64,000 nt of DNA from Octopus sinensis (GCF_006345805.1 NC_043009.1:28520001-28584000); one strand, 5' to 3'. Counted from the stretch's first letter, positions 13,872 to 26,863 are shown. Numbers and translations: made by a program. The notes: a model not told the origin generated them from the letters alone.

Positions 13872-14100
13872 TTGTCCATGCTGGCATGGGTTGGACAGTT
13901 TGACTTGACTAGCATGCTGGAAGGCTGCACCAGACTCCAGACTGATTTGGCATGATGCCCTTCTGTTGTCAACCACTCTGAGAGTGTAGTGAGTGCTTTT
14001 ATGTGCCACTGGCACAGGTGCCAATTTGCGTGGCACTGGTATCTGCCATCACTGTGATTTTGCTTGGCTTCATGGGTCTTCTTCTCAAGCATGACATAAT
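12979..14100. mobile_element. Cluster of three family C SINE-like copies in alternating orientation
   Basis: Copies at 12979-13260(-), 13330-13530(+) and 13845-14100(-). Hallmarks are TTAGGAAGGGCATCCAGCTGTAGAAAC and GCATGGAAAGCGGACGTTAAAC(GAT)n. Other copies: 15985-16200, 20272-20372, 22826-22990, 28690-29044, 31660-31950, 41388-41524, 45590-45803, 46850-47197, 47400-47620, 56435-56670, 57376-57668. Confidence 0.88.
13747..13826 (+). mobile_element. Tc1/mariner-type terminal inverted repeat relic
   Basis: TA followed by CGAGGGTTTGCTGAAAAGTT, a mariner-like TA|CGAGGG end. It is truncated by a family C insertion. Confidence 0.55.
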
Positions 14101-14119
14101 ACCAAAGGTCTTGGTCATT

Positions 14120-14377
14120 GCCTCTGTAAGGCCCAACACTCAAAAGGAACTCAGCCACTTTGCCTCTGTGAGGCCGCCTAATGCTTGAAAGGAACTCAGC
14201 TACCTTGCCTCTGTGAGGCCCAACACTCAAAAGGATCTCAACCACTTTGCCCCCATGAGGTCCAACACTTGAAAGAAACTCAGTCCTGTTGTCTCTGTGA
14301 GGCCCAATGCTAGAAAAACACTCAACCATTTTGCCGCCATCAGGCCCAACATGTGAGAGGAACTCAACCCCTCTGCA
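14120..14377. repeat. 42-bp minisatellite, ~6 diverged units
   Basis: Unit GCCTCTGTAAGGCCCAACACTCAAAAGGAACTCAGCCACTTT. It produces the repeated EFLSSVGPHRGKVA in ORF 13865..14329. Confidence 0.9.
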
Positions 14378-15440
14378 TCATATTTATATATATATGTATT
14401 TTTATGGTGGTTCCTTTCAGTGTGTGCTAATGAAATTCACTTGCAAGGTCACAGTCAGCTTTTGGTTAGAACAGGAGATACTTGGCTGCAGATGCCATGC
14501 AGTGGGACTGAACCTGAAACTGAATCATTGAAAAGTAAACATCTTAACCACACAGCCATGCTGCTGCCTAATTCATTATTAATTTATAACTAATTTATTA
14601 CTGATAAATTCATAAGATTTGAAGAATACAAACTAAATTGCAGGTTGGATTTCTAGAATTTTCATGTAGTCTCTGGTGACAAATCTCCAGCAATGTTTTT
14701 ATGCAAGAGATTTATTGCTTATAAGTCAAGTCGATTACTAGTGATGTTTGTAAGCTTTTAATTAATTATTTCTATAACGATAGACCTGGATTCATTAAAA
14801 TACAGAGGTTTACTTCTGATATTATTACAAGTTCTACTAAAGATTAGGATTAATTTCAAAGTTCAAATGACTAGTGTTAATTTTATGCATCATCTCTGTT
14901 ACTTTGTAATGACTTCAAATGGAGACAAGTGTCAACAAAAAACACTAATTATATTTGAGGTCATAAATATCTTCAACAGTTTATCTGGAAATAAACAAAA
15001 TTGTTTGTCAAAGACTTGTAATAAACTGTTCATGGTTTGGCATTTATACAAAGTAATGTTAGCTTGGAAAATGTATTTTCAATTTTATTTGAAATTTGTA
15101 GATACTTCGGTTCTGTGTTTATTGCTTTTCCTGGTCAATTGTGCACATAATAAAGTTAAACAGAAGTAATAAATTGTCGTTTTTGTTATGTTTTTATATG
15201 GTTAAGGTAAAGAATTAGTTGTTATTTAATCCTTTCTTTCACACTCTGCATAATTTTTTAATCATAAAAACATAGATGTTCTGTCAATGTGTTTTAGTTG
15301 AGTCTGTCATCACTCATGAGTGTTAATGGCTTGTTAGAATGAATCATGCTTTTGAAAATAGTTCTAAACACTTATGTGGTTGCAAGCAGACATAGATTTC
15401 TTTGAGGCCTTCCTCGTGTGGCACATTATAGATGTGACAG

Positions 15441-15652
15441 TAGAGGTGGGGAGCAAGGGAGCTGTGTCACCACCCAGCTGCTATCTATCTATTTAGAGGT
15501 GGGGAGCAAGGAAGCTGTGCCACCACCCAGCTGCTATCTATCTATTTAGAGGTGGGGAGCAAGGAAGCTGTGCCACCACCCAGCTGCTATCTATCTATTT
15601 AGAGGTGGGGAGCAAGGGAGCTGTGCCACCACCCAGCTGCTATCTATCTATT
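15441..15652. repeat. 53-bp minisatellite x4, near identical
   Basis: Unit TAGAGGTGGGGAGCAAGG(G/A)AGCTGTG(C/T)CACCACCCAGCTGCTATCTATCTATT, starting at 15441, 15494, 15547 and 15600. Confidence 0.97.
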
Positions 15653-16399
15653 ATGGCTGAGTTGACTGATGTAACATGAAAGAGAAGTGTCTTGCTCAAG
15701 GACATAATGCACTGCCTAGTCCACGATGGGCAGACAGTAGCAACCATTTGCATCCAGTGGCACATTGAGGATGTGACTGCTGAATAGAGGGGGAGCTATC
15801 CCAGTTACTGGTTGGTGCTCATTTACAGCTAAGAAGTCTAAAGCAATGTAAAATAAAGCACCATGCATCACTGAACAATTCAGCATATTGCCAAGTCAGG
15901 GGTTCCAATTCCTTGACTTGGTAATATGTGTTTCATGTCATCTGGAAAACTAAAATATTCTAATTAGAATATTATATTCAGCTTCATCACCATCACCATT
16001 TAGCATCCGTTTTCCCTGCTGGCATGGGTTGGATGGCTTGACAGGAACTGGTTAGGCTAGAGGCCATGCCAGGTTCCATAGTCTATTTTGGTTGGGTTTC
16101 AACAGCTAAATTCCCTTCCTAACACCAGACACATTACAGTGTGTACTGGGTGCTTTTTTACATGGCACCATCACCAATGTTTTTTATGTGGCACCAGCAC
16201 CCAGAATCCCAAATAAATTTCTTTGGTATACTGCTTGTGTTTTATGAACAGATGAATATCTAAAGCCTTATGTCCACTGTAGTCCTGTAAGGAACAATGT
16301 TAGCCGGGTGTTAATAGCTCTGAAAGACATAGTGATGGAATAATGTCTCACAAATATTGCAAATGGAATAAGAAAATATCAAGGTGGACCAGTCAAAGT

Positions 16400-16560
16400 G
16401 TGTGGAGGCACTTAGCCAAGAGGCTAAGGTATTTGGCTTGTATTCACAATATTGTGGATTCAATTCCTGGGCCAGGTTATGCATTGTGGTCTTGAGCAAG
16501 AAGGCACTTCATTTTCCATTACTCCTGTCTATTTGGCTGTAAATGGGTACAAGCCATGAG
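16400..16560 (+). mobile_element. tRNA-derived SINE (family D-like) with CTTGAGCAAG core
   Basis: GGATTCAATTCC B-box, then GTGGTCTTGAGCAAG. Related segments lie at 15650-15720(-), 42110-42420(+) and 58490-58820(-). Confidence 0.6.
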
Positions 16561-16885
16561 CCAACACAGCTCTGTGTGTCTCTCTCACCAGCTGTCATGG
16601 CCATATACCGATAGGTGTTTATAATCATCACTCTCATTGTCATCAATGCTGTCATCATCATCATCATCATCGTCATCGTATCGTCATCGTCATTTCCTTC
16701 ATCATCATTATCAATGTTACCTCCTCCTTCTCCTCTTCCTCATCGTCTCTGTCATCGTCATCATCATTTTCAATGTCATCACTTAAACTGTCACAATCAT
16801 ATTTCATTCTGAGTTCCAATCCTGTAGAGACCAACTTTTGTATATATTGTTTTTGGGGTTGATAAAATAAGTCCTGGTCACACAC

Positions 16886-16927
<42 letters not shown>

Positions 16928-17499
16928 TAATGGTACTGATACTGAATAACCAATTCCACTTGAAAAAACAAAAAATGCTGTCTTTGTGCCTAAATCCAAA
17001 ATCAATATTAGTAGTTTCAATTGTCTTTACGTTCTAAGTTCAAATTCCGCCGAGGACGACTTTGCCTTTCATCCATTCAGGGTCGATAAATTAAGTACCA
17101 GTTGTGAACTGGGGTTGATGTTTCCTCAAAGTTTCAGGCCTTGTACTTATCATGGAACAGATTATTACTAACTTGATAATATTCTTCTTAAATGATCCTA
17201 CCGAATATTTCCATATATGGCAGCTCAAAGATGAAGACACAATCCAGAATTACATCTACAATTCTTTTGAAAGAACATCATTTTTTCTAGACTCAATAAA
17301 TCATAATAATTCGATTGTTCCTTTACTTTTCCAATGTCTTTTATTTACTTATTTATTTATTCTGTGAATTATTCAACAGAAATGTTTGACACAGCTGCCA
17401 AACGACAATTCTACAACACGGAGACCAAAACTGATGTCAGCGTTGAAAAGTGCGAGGGCAAAGAATATATTGGTGCAGCTGCTGTGGCTGCTGTTGTTG

Positions 17500-17636
17500 A
17501 GGATGATGATGATGATGATTATAATGATGATGATGATGATGATGATGTTGATAACGATTAAAATGACGACGACGATGATGATGATGATGATGATGACGAC
17601 TAAAATGACGACGACGATGGTGATGATGATGATGAA

Positions 17637-17668
<32 letters not shown>

Positions 17669-18135
17669 CGACGATGTTGATGACAATGAAAATGACAACG
17701 ACGATGATGACAGTGATGATGATGATGATGAAGATGATGATGACAATGATGATGACGATGATGACGACGTCAACAATGATGATGATGACAATGATGATGA
17801 TGATGAGGAGGAGGAGGAGGATGAAGATGGCAGTGAAGAAGATGATGGCAATTCAACATGATAATGATGATGGTGGCAGTAATGATGAAAACAGAGATAA
17901 TGTTAACACTGATGAAGACGACGATGATGATGATGATGATGACGACAATGTTGATGACAACGATGATGACAATGACAATGACGACGACGACGATAATGAA
18001 GACTATGACAATGTTGATGATGATGTTGATGATGACGATGATGAAGATGATGACACTGATAATGATGATGATGATGAAGGGAGCAGAGAGGGGGAAGCAG
18101 ATGGGTGATAACGATGACAATGATGATGACCAAAG
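17500..18135. repeat. Large compound (GAT/GAC/GAG)n array
   Basis: Directly visible and explains ORF 17386..18108. Similar arrays lie at 36640-36960, 45140-45350, 46080-46360, 49930-50460, 58990-59290 and 60220-60580. Confidence 0.95.
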
Positions 18136-18530
18136 AAAGTATTTCACATCAGAACAACAACAACAGCAACAACAACATGCTCATTTATTAGTTTGGCAAT
18201 TGCCCCAATGTCTTTAAGAACCATTTTGTTAGGAAACTTCCATTTCTATGGCTTCAATATTTCTCTTTGCTTCCTCAGCCTTGATTCTCAGTTCCTTCAG
18301 GATGCCACATTAACCATTTTAATTCTCTACTTCTTTCCAGGTCCAGGATATTATTGTTGTTGTTATTGCTATTGTAGTTGCTGTTATCAATGTCATAAGA
18401 GTAGTTTTCTTCCTTTTGGTTATTTCAATGCCAGAATTAGCAGGGCTTTGACAATTCCATGAACAATTTGTTAAGACTCACACAATATATATGTATGCAT
18501 ATATTTGTTTATATATATGTGTATGTATGC

Positions 18531-18601
<71 letters not shown>

Positions 18602-18630
18602 CATCTACATATCTATCTATCTATGTGTGA

Positions 18631-18663
<33 letters not shown>

Positions 18664-18676
18664 CATATATACATAC

Positions 18677-18739
<63 letters not shown>

Positions 18740-19354
18740 ATGTATGTATATGTGCACACACATCAAACACTGGTGTCTCTGAAGATTTCCTCCTTATCTT
18801 TAGAATATATTTTGTAGAGTTTCCAAACATCAACCCAGGTCATTCAGGACCAATCTTGGAATATATGTCAAATAACCTAAATTACATTTCTTCAGGAAAT
18901 ATGCTGGACCATATGGGAATCAGTGAAGCTGAATATTCCTTCTTTCCATTTTTTTTTGGTTTTGGCCCAGTATTTTATTGCTCAAAGACATTTACAGCAA
19001 GATCCATGTTCTTTCAATCTTTGATCTACATTGTTCCAATCTTTATCTATAAACATACCAAGATACATGCACATAGTTACACAAACACATAAATATGCCA
19101 TCATCATCATCCTCATCATATCATTGTCATCATCAGAGACACAGAAAGACAGACAGACAGACAGACACATGCACGCGCAAATATTTGACAACTCCACTAG
19201 AATGGACAAAAGTACTAATATATGATATATGATATATGATGTATAAAAACATGTAATATACAAATAAATATCTGTAACTAAAAAAACATCCGAATTTCTG
19301 TGTACCTTATTACTTCTAATATAAAATTCCTGTACATTGTCTCCAAACCCTCTA

Positions 19355-19394
<40 letters not shown>

Positions 19395-19401
<7 letters not shown>

Positions 19402-20250
19402 TATTTCTGCTGTTGGGGTAACTTTGAATGCCAAAATTCGGGACAAGACCCTCCAGGATTTTCCAGATATATATCACTGCATATCTCTCCCACTTTCTCT
19501 CCAGGGAGAAAAGTTTTAATACTTTCAGTCTTTCCCAGTAGCTGATATGTTGCATTGAGACGATCTTCTTAGTGTAGCTGCGTTGGATTGCTTTGAGTTC
19601 TGCTGTTAGTTTTATATTGTGTGGTGACCATAGTTGGAAGCAGTAGTCCAAGTGGCTGAGGACGAATGTCTTCCAAAGGACCATCAGCGTCTCCTTCTCT
19701 CTTGTTCTGAAAGTTCGGAGAATCCATCCAGCTAACTGTCTGCATTTTATTACCAAATTAGTAATATGCACTTGGAAAGATGCATCATTGCTCATGTCAG
19801 TGCCCAGGTCATACACTGATATTGACTCAGGAATTAGAATTCTTCCCGGGCAAGTGTATCCATCCTGCATGTCATTCACATTTGTGTACCGGTAGCACAG
19901 GGCTTGGAACTTCCCTGCATTAAACTGCATGTTGTTGCACTCAGCCCACCTGTATATTGTATCCAACTCCAATTGCAGATGTGCAATATTGTACGAGAGA
20001 CTTTTGTGTCATCTGCATAGCTAGCAAGGGTGGCCATCTTAGCAACTGAGGGCATGTCTGAAAGGGTCACTATGAACAGCAGTGGCCCCAAGACAGTGCC
20101 CTGTGCAACATCGCTTGTTATTTGAGTTTCCTTGGAGATGGCTCCATTGGCCACAACTGCCTGCCTACTATCTTTTAGGAAGTTGTGCAGCCAGTCTCCT
20201 AGTTTTCCGCCTATGCTGAGATCACGCAGTTTGTGACAGATCATACCATT
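19395..20250 (-). mobile_element. 5'-truncated, frameshifted CR1/L2-type LINE reverse transcriptase fragment
   Basis: ORF 19876..20244 has QGTVLGPLLF and YADDTK. After a frameshift near 19990, ORF 19352..19972 continues with LDTIYRWAECNNMQFNAGKF, DLG, LDYCFQLWSPH, AIQRSYTK, SYWERLKVLKLFSLERK and YIWKILEG, all typical CR1-like RT C-terminal motifs. Confidence 0.93.
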
Positions 20251-20474
20251 CCTATATGAAGGAATCTATCAGATCAGATTGAGCCTGGTGCAGCCTCTGG
20301 CTCACCAGTCTTCAGTCAAACCGTCCAACCCATTCCAACATGGAGAGTGGATGTTAAACAATGATTATGATGATATATATATATGTATGTACATATATGT
20401 ATGCACACAACCGTGTACACGTATAGAGATATACATACATATATGTACATATATATATATATACATTTATATAT

Positions 20475-20536
<62 letters not shown>

Positions 20537-20557
20537 ATATATATACATATATATATA

Positions 20558-20868
20558 ATGTGATCACGTGACTAACCAGGCTATCAGATATTGGTACACA
20601 TCGCTAGTCACAATGTGCTTCGCATTGTTTTAGCCTTCAAATGATGCCTCCCCGCTGGCTAAGCGAGCAGGCCAACAGAAGACAGAGTGATAGAAAGTTG
20701 TGGAGAAAGAGTATAGCAGGGACCCCCACCAACCCCTGCCGGAGCCTCGTGGGGTTTTAGGTGTTTTCGCTCAATAAACACTCACAACGCCCAGTCTGGG
20801 AATCAAAACTGCGATCTTACAACTGCGAGTCTGCTACCCTAACCACTGAGCCATTGCGCCTCCACACA
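20558..20868 (-). mobile_element. tRNA-derived SINE family E
   Basis: The minus-strand head is GGAGGCGCAATGGCTCAGTGGTTAGGG...GTTTTGATTCCCAGAC (A and B boxes). The body matches 60580-60870(+) and the 3' part matches 8855-8965(+). Confidence 0.85.
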
Positions 20869-20892
20869 TATATATATATATATACACATATA

Positions 20893-20947
<55 letters not shown>

Positions 20948-21796
20948 ACATATTTATATGTATATATACATATATATACATACACACGCATATATATACA
21001 TATATATATATATACACATATATATACATACATGCATACATATATATATATATATATACATATATATACACACACATATATACATATATATATATATACG
21101 CACACACACATATATACATATATATTTAAGCATATATATGTATAGATATATACATAGTTAAATACATACATGGATAATAAATAGCATATTTTTACGGATT
21201 TATGTAAGTACATACACACACATGCACACATATAAATAAATAAATATATATGTATGTATGCATGTGTATGTCTGTGTGTATATATATATATATACACATT
21301 CAGGTATGCATGTGTGAGTGTGTACATATATAAATCCTTATAAATATGTGTTTGTATAGTTTGTATATATGTGGATATAGGTGTATACTATATATATATA
21401 AATATATATATATACATATACATATATATACATACATATATACACATATATACATTTCATATATATGTATCTACAGATATGTAGCCAAGCACTTACATAT
21501 ACTCAGATGCATGCATATTTATATACACGTATACATATGTACCTGCACACTTACATACCTACATTTGCTATTTTCAACTGCATTTAATTTCCCCAAAGAG
21601 AATCGAAAGAATTCAAGCCACAATGCCAAAAATCCAATTTGATGCTATTTGACAGAATTCTTGCTTTTCTCACAAAACCAAACTTCCTGACACAATACTT
21701 ATGGTAATCAAATGTACCAAACTTGTATGGTTTTTTCATAAAATCCTCTTTACATTCTTGTAAATAATTGTAGAACTCCTCTCATATCTAGCTATA

Positions 21797-21846
<50 letters not shown>

Positions 21847-22398
21847 GAGTGACAGAGCAGTGCATGGCATTAAGTGACACTGGGGTAAAATATACGAAGC
21901 TCAGTATACCCATCATGACTCCCCGTCTGATAAGGGTACACCGGGCACATGCATCACAACCATATGTGTGCGACATGGTGATCCCATATTAAGATAAACA
22001 GCCCATGACCTTGCAGGTGGGGCCCAGTTAGAATTTTCTTCTGGTGGAGTAGCCCATCCTGCTCAAAAGATCCCTGAGTAAGGATTGTTTAAGGATGTTG
22101 AATGAACCACCCATGATTCCAAAGGTGAATTATCCAACCTCCAAGAATTCCTTTCAACACACAGCTATGATGCTCCCCCACTACTTCTGCTTGTGAGCAG
22201 AGATGCACATATCGTCAGCTACTAAGGGACATGGCCAACTGGTTATGGTCAAACAACTAACAAGCAAATCTGTGGTACTGAGCAGAATATTTGCTGTAGC
22301 CCATCTTTTATACCAAGACAAAACAATGTACATGATAACACTTCCGATCAGTTAAGATCAGAAGCCATGGGAGCCACTGTCTGGTACTGCATCAGGGC

Positions 22399-22400
<2 letters not shown>
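21847..22400 (-). mobile_element. ~550-bp non-coding element embedded in a (TAA)n tract
   Basis: Flanked on both sides by (ATT)n. It has a collinear reverse-complement copy at 52659-53203, which also ends in (AAT)n. Confidence 0.85.
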
Positions 22401-22431
<31 letters not shown>

Positions 22432-23312
22432 CATCATCATCATCATCATCATTGTCATTATCATTAGCGAATGTTGGAATGTTGGAGAAAATGCTCTTCA
22501 TCATTTCTTCAAGCACTTTACATTCTTCTGAGTTCAATTATTACTGAGCTCAACTCTAACTTTCCTAGCTTAGCAAAGCTTTGTACACACCAGCAAATTT
22601 TTTACTTGCAGTTTACATATCAATACAACAGTTCTTAATGGGCAGCAAACAAGGAGTTGCTGCCAATAGTCAATGAAACCTAAACATCCCTATACATGTC
22701 TTGCAGTGCGATGATGCCATTTATCACTTAGGTTCTGTGTATGTTTCACAAATTTTGTCTATAAGGAATATTTTTCAGCCTAGACATTATCCACAGTGAA
22801 AGTCTTTTCACATGTGACTGTGTATCATCATCATCATCATCATCGTTTAACGTCCGCTTTCCATGCTAGCATGGGTTGGACGGTTCAACTGGGGTCTGGC
22901 AAGCCCGAAGGCTGCACCAGGCCTGTCAGATCTGGCAGTGTTTCTACAGCTGGATGCCCTTCCTAACGCCAACCACTCCGAGAGTGTATAAGTATCTTAA
23001 ATGTGTACAGCTTTATTTCAATTATTGCTGCTTTGACTTTCGTAAATTTATTCTAGCAGCTAGAAAAGTCACTGCACATGCCATCAAATTTATTCTTTGA
23101 TAACTGCATATAAGAATAGTAGTTCTTGAGGGACTACGAGCGAAGGATTTGCTTGCTGTTGCTGATGAGGTGTAATAACAGAGAAACAGATGTCCTACAA
23201 TCCAGTAACATTGTTTATTGCTCAGCTTGGTGTATTTCACACTTTGTTATTAAGCTAGTTGTACCTGTATTAGCATGAGAAATTTTGAATGAAGGGTTTA
23301 ATTTGGATCACG

Positions 23313-24062
23313 TTAACCCTTCTGTTACCATATTTGTAATGAAATATACTGCCTTCAGTACAAATAGTTTTGAAAATATTGTAGAATTTAGTAAGCTAAC
23401 TTTGTAATCATTAAGCTGATGTTTGAAGTACAAATTAAAATGAAATTTTGATGGAAAGTTTTGACTAAAATCCTTTTAACCTTTTCGATGCCAAAGCACC
23501 AGAGGCCACTCTCGGTTGAATGATACAAATTTTCTGTTTTGAAGTCTTCTAGATTTAAGTCTTCCATTAAAATTTCAGTTTAATTATATTCTAAGCACCA
23601 GCTTAATAATGATAAAATTATTTTACTAAATCTTCAATATTTTCAAAATTGATCAAACCTAAGAGCTGAAAAACAGGTCTTCAGAGAAGAACCTCCCCAC
23701 CTCATGCAAGTGCTTTTACCCTTAACTTCTTACACTCTAAGGTGGACAGGGTGCCTCCCGGTTATAACTTCATGGTGCCCTTCTGATAATATTTGTTTGC
23801 CACTTGGATCTCAGAAATATTTGCATTTAAACTGCTTGGAGATTTAATCTAGCTAGAACTCCTTTCTGTTGCCTCTACTCTCAAGCTTATATTTAAAAGA
23901 GAAATAACGTTGGTAGTTATGGTAGTTGTGAAACATCAGCAGTGTTAATGCTACCACCATGACATGCTCAGAGTTAATTTCCTTAGTATGAAAGTATAGT
24001 AACAAAAGAGTTAAATCAGAAAATTTGCACCTTAGAAGCAAAGGCAGTCACAGAAGAGTTAG
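23313..24062. mobile_element. Nested piggyBac-like MITEs with TTAA ends
   Basis: Outer: TTAA|CCCTTCTGTTAC (23313-) to GTCACAGAAGAG|TTAG (-24062). Inner: TTAA|CCTTTTCGATG (23476-) to AACAAAAGAG|TTAA (-24014). Confidence 0.6.
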
Positions 24063-25451
24063 TGCCTAAAAGGTTAAGGGTACACATGTCTGTGGAATAC
24101 TCAGACACTTAGACATTGAGTCAATGATCAAAATATTAAGCTTGAGCGAAGGTGGGGATCTGGTAGAATCATTACCACACCATTTTTACATCCCAAGTTC
24201 AAATTTCACTGAAGTTGACTTTACCTTTCATCATTTTGGGGTCAATAAAATAAGTACCAGTTGAACACTGGGGTCAATGTAATCAACTTAACCTCTCCCC
24301 AAAATTGCTGGCCTTGTGCCAAAATTTGAAACCATTATAAAGTTGGTCAAACAAAATGACTACTTATTGTCAAATTTGACAGAAATGCATTTATCTATGT
24401 ACATATATATTTTTGCAATGTGTACATGTAGATATATGTGCATGCACATATGTGTGCAACTGCATATCACAGAATATATGTCCAAAGCAAAATATACAAG
24501 TATTTAATTTCATATTTTTAATTGATTTACAAGCTGACAATTTCATATCAAAAATATTAAATTTTTTATAGAACATACAAAATAACACTGAGCGGAAATC
24601 TTTTGCAAAGTAGAACCATTTCTACTGAAAGTAATATTTTCCTAACATGTCAAAAAAATAAAGAAAAAAACCTGAAACTTTCAAAGTTCCATGGCTGGAA
24701 GATACTGGCATATTTGATTGAAGTGATATTAAAGAAATGACCTATAAAAATGGCACAGAATATATAAACATCTTCCTCCATTCTGAAACCATCTACAGTG
24801 GCATCAGCAACAGATTCAGCATCGGTATGATCATCAGTAGCAGAAGCAGCAGCAACAGTAGCAGCATGTATGCCAAATATAGGTCAGTCACAGAAGATCA
24901 CTGGGTTTGATGAAAGAGATGTCCTTCAGACAAGCGTGTTTATTAATTCTTCTTAATCAAAGGCATTTTCAGATTTAAGTCTTAAACTATTCCATTTAAC
25001 ATATATGCACGCGCGCGTGCACACACACACACACACACATACACACACACAAATATACATGCATAAACACACAGATATACATGCATGCACACACCAGCAC
25101 ACTGGGAACAAAGACACACAAACACATACACTTGTGCATACATACATACAAATATATATATATATATGTTGATGACAAAGATTCCTTCACCACACTCACA
25201 CACATACACAAATATACATGTATAAATACACAGATATACATGCATGCACACACCAGCACACTGGTAACAAAGACACACAAACACATACACTTGTGTATAT
25301 ATGCATGCATACATACATACATACATACATACACATATACATACATACATGCATACATATATATATATATATATATATACCGGAGTAAACACATAAATGT
25401 GAAACAAGGTGGAAAAAAGAGTACTCAAATACCAGTGGTAGAGTAATATGC

Positions 25452-25536
25452 TTATTTAAAGCAAAAACTGTCTGATGAACGGCAACGAGAAACTCAGTGT
25501 AACAGATTTTGTTGAATTTTCTGCTGCTTTAAATAA
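25452..25536 (+). ncRNA. Minimal type I hammerhead ribozyme, same family as 8356-8410
   Basis: AAAA-CTGT, then CTGATGA (25472-25478), ACG-GCAA-CGA, GAAA (25489-25492), C-TCAGT-G, TA, ACAG-a-TTTT. A 12-bp inverted repeat encloses it: TTATTTAAAGCA (25452-25463) / TGCTTTAAATAA (25525-25536). Confidence 0.7.
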
Positions 25537-25538
25537 AG

Positions 25539-25611
<73 letters not shown>

Positions 25612-26679
25612 GTATGCATTTATACATATATATATGTATAAATGGCGGTGCCCCAGCATAGCCACAGCTCGTGAGCTGAAACTAAAATAAAAAAAAGAAA
25701 TATATATGTATATATTCATGACAAAGATTCCTTCACCACACACACACACACACACACACAGGCATTGGGCAACAATATCGATGTTTCCTGAACTTCTTCC
25801 TTGAATTTGTTAGAATATCTACCTGGAAACACAAACATGGCTGTTGCCCAACACACTGACATTACCAACCATTCACGTTTGACAATCAATACTGCAAAAC
25901 AGTTGAACAGTTCATGGGTTTGGACATTAACAACTGCCCTTACAACCAAAACAACGACAACAACAAGAGGTTGTCTTAAGTATATCTGGTGAACTGTATT
26001 TTCTCAGATGTGGTTATGTGGTAAGAAGTGGTTCTGGGTTCAGTCCCAATGCTTAGCACCTTGGTCAAGTGTCTTCTACTATAACCCTAGGCTGATTAAA
26101 ACCTTGTGACTGGATTTGGTAGATGGAAACTGAGAGAAGCCTATTGTATATATGTGTGTGTGTCTGTGTGGAGAGATCAATTCATTTGACTAAATTTCCT
26201 CAAAGCAGTACTCCAGTATGGCCACAATCTAATAACTGAAACACATTAAGCAGCTTTTATTTGCATTGTCTTTTGATTTCTCATCCATCTATCCATCCAT
26301 CTATCCATCCATCCATCCATCCATACTAGTGGCAACTTCTTCAAAACCTCCAGCTTCTATATCTGGATTACAAATTTACATTTATACCAATAATAACTGG
26401 AGCATTTTGTTTTGTAAGTAAATGCTTAACTGTCGATCTGGATAGGCTTGGATTTTCAGGAAAAATAATCAACCAACTGACTTGCACATTACAACTGCAG
26501 TTTGTAAGTGGAATGGTAAAAATATGCAAGACTTTCCTCAGGTTTAAAATGTGACATTGTTTTCATTATCTACATTCCAAAGATGGAACTTTCCATCTTT
26601 GTTACAATGTAGCTGTTTCTTGAGAGGAAGAATTTAGGGCTTAAAAACAGAAGAGGCATACATACATACACGTATACAC

Positions 26680-26712
<33 letters not shown>

Positions 26713-26863
26713 CATACATACATACATACATACATACATACATACCTGCATACATACATAGACACACAGACATACCTACATGCATACATTTTTATAACTT
26801 ATAAATAAAACATTTAAAATGTTATACTGATCTTTAATAATTGGTGGTTGTTTTTGTTTAAAC

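Noticed and set aside
15441-15652. CRISPR-like array
   Set aside because: The units are identical end to end with no unique spacers, in a eukaryotic context with no cas genes.
17386-18108. Longest ORF (240 aa, polyM/polyD)
   Set aside because: It lies almost wholly in a (GAT/GAC)n array and has no credible donor.
18980-19048. Possible minus-strand terminal exon (DKDWNNVDQRLKEHGSCCKCL*)
   Set aside because: Weak acceptor and no recognisable family.
20790-20868. tRNA genes at A-box/B-box motifs
   Set aside because: These are SINE heads that continue into repeat bodies. I could not build a complete cloverleaf.
22347-22400. U2 snRNA resemblance (ATCAGTTAAGATCAGA; CTGGTACTGCA)
   Set aside because: Only two short matches, with spacing far shorter than in U2. 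No Sm site or branch-pairing region was seen.
23104-23175. C2-domain-like HIRIVVLEGLRAKDLLAVADE
   Set aside because: Short, bounded by stops, with poor splice signals.
25860-25940. Trypsin-like FNCFAVLIVKREWLV on the minus strand
   Set aside because: It lacks the TAAHC motif and any further domain sequence.
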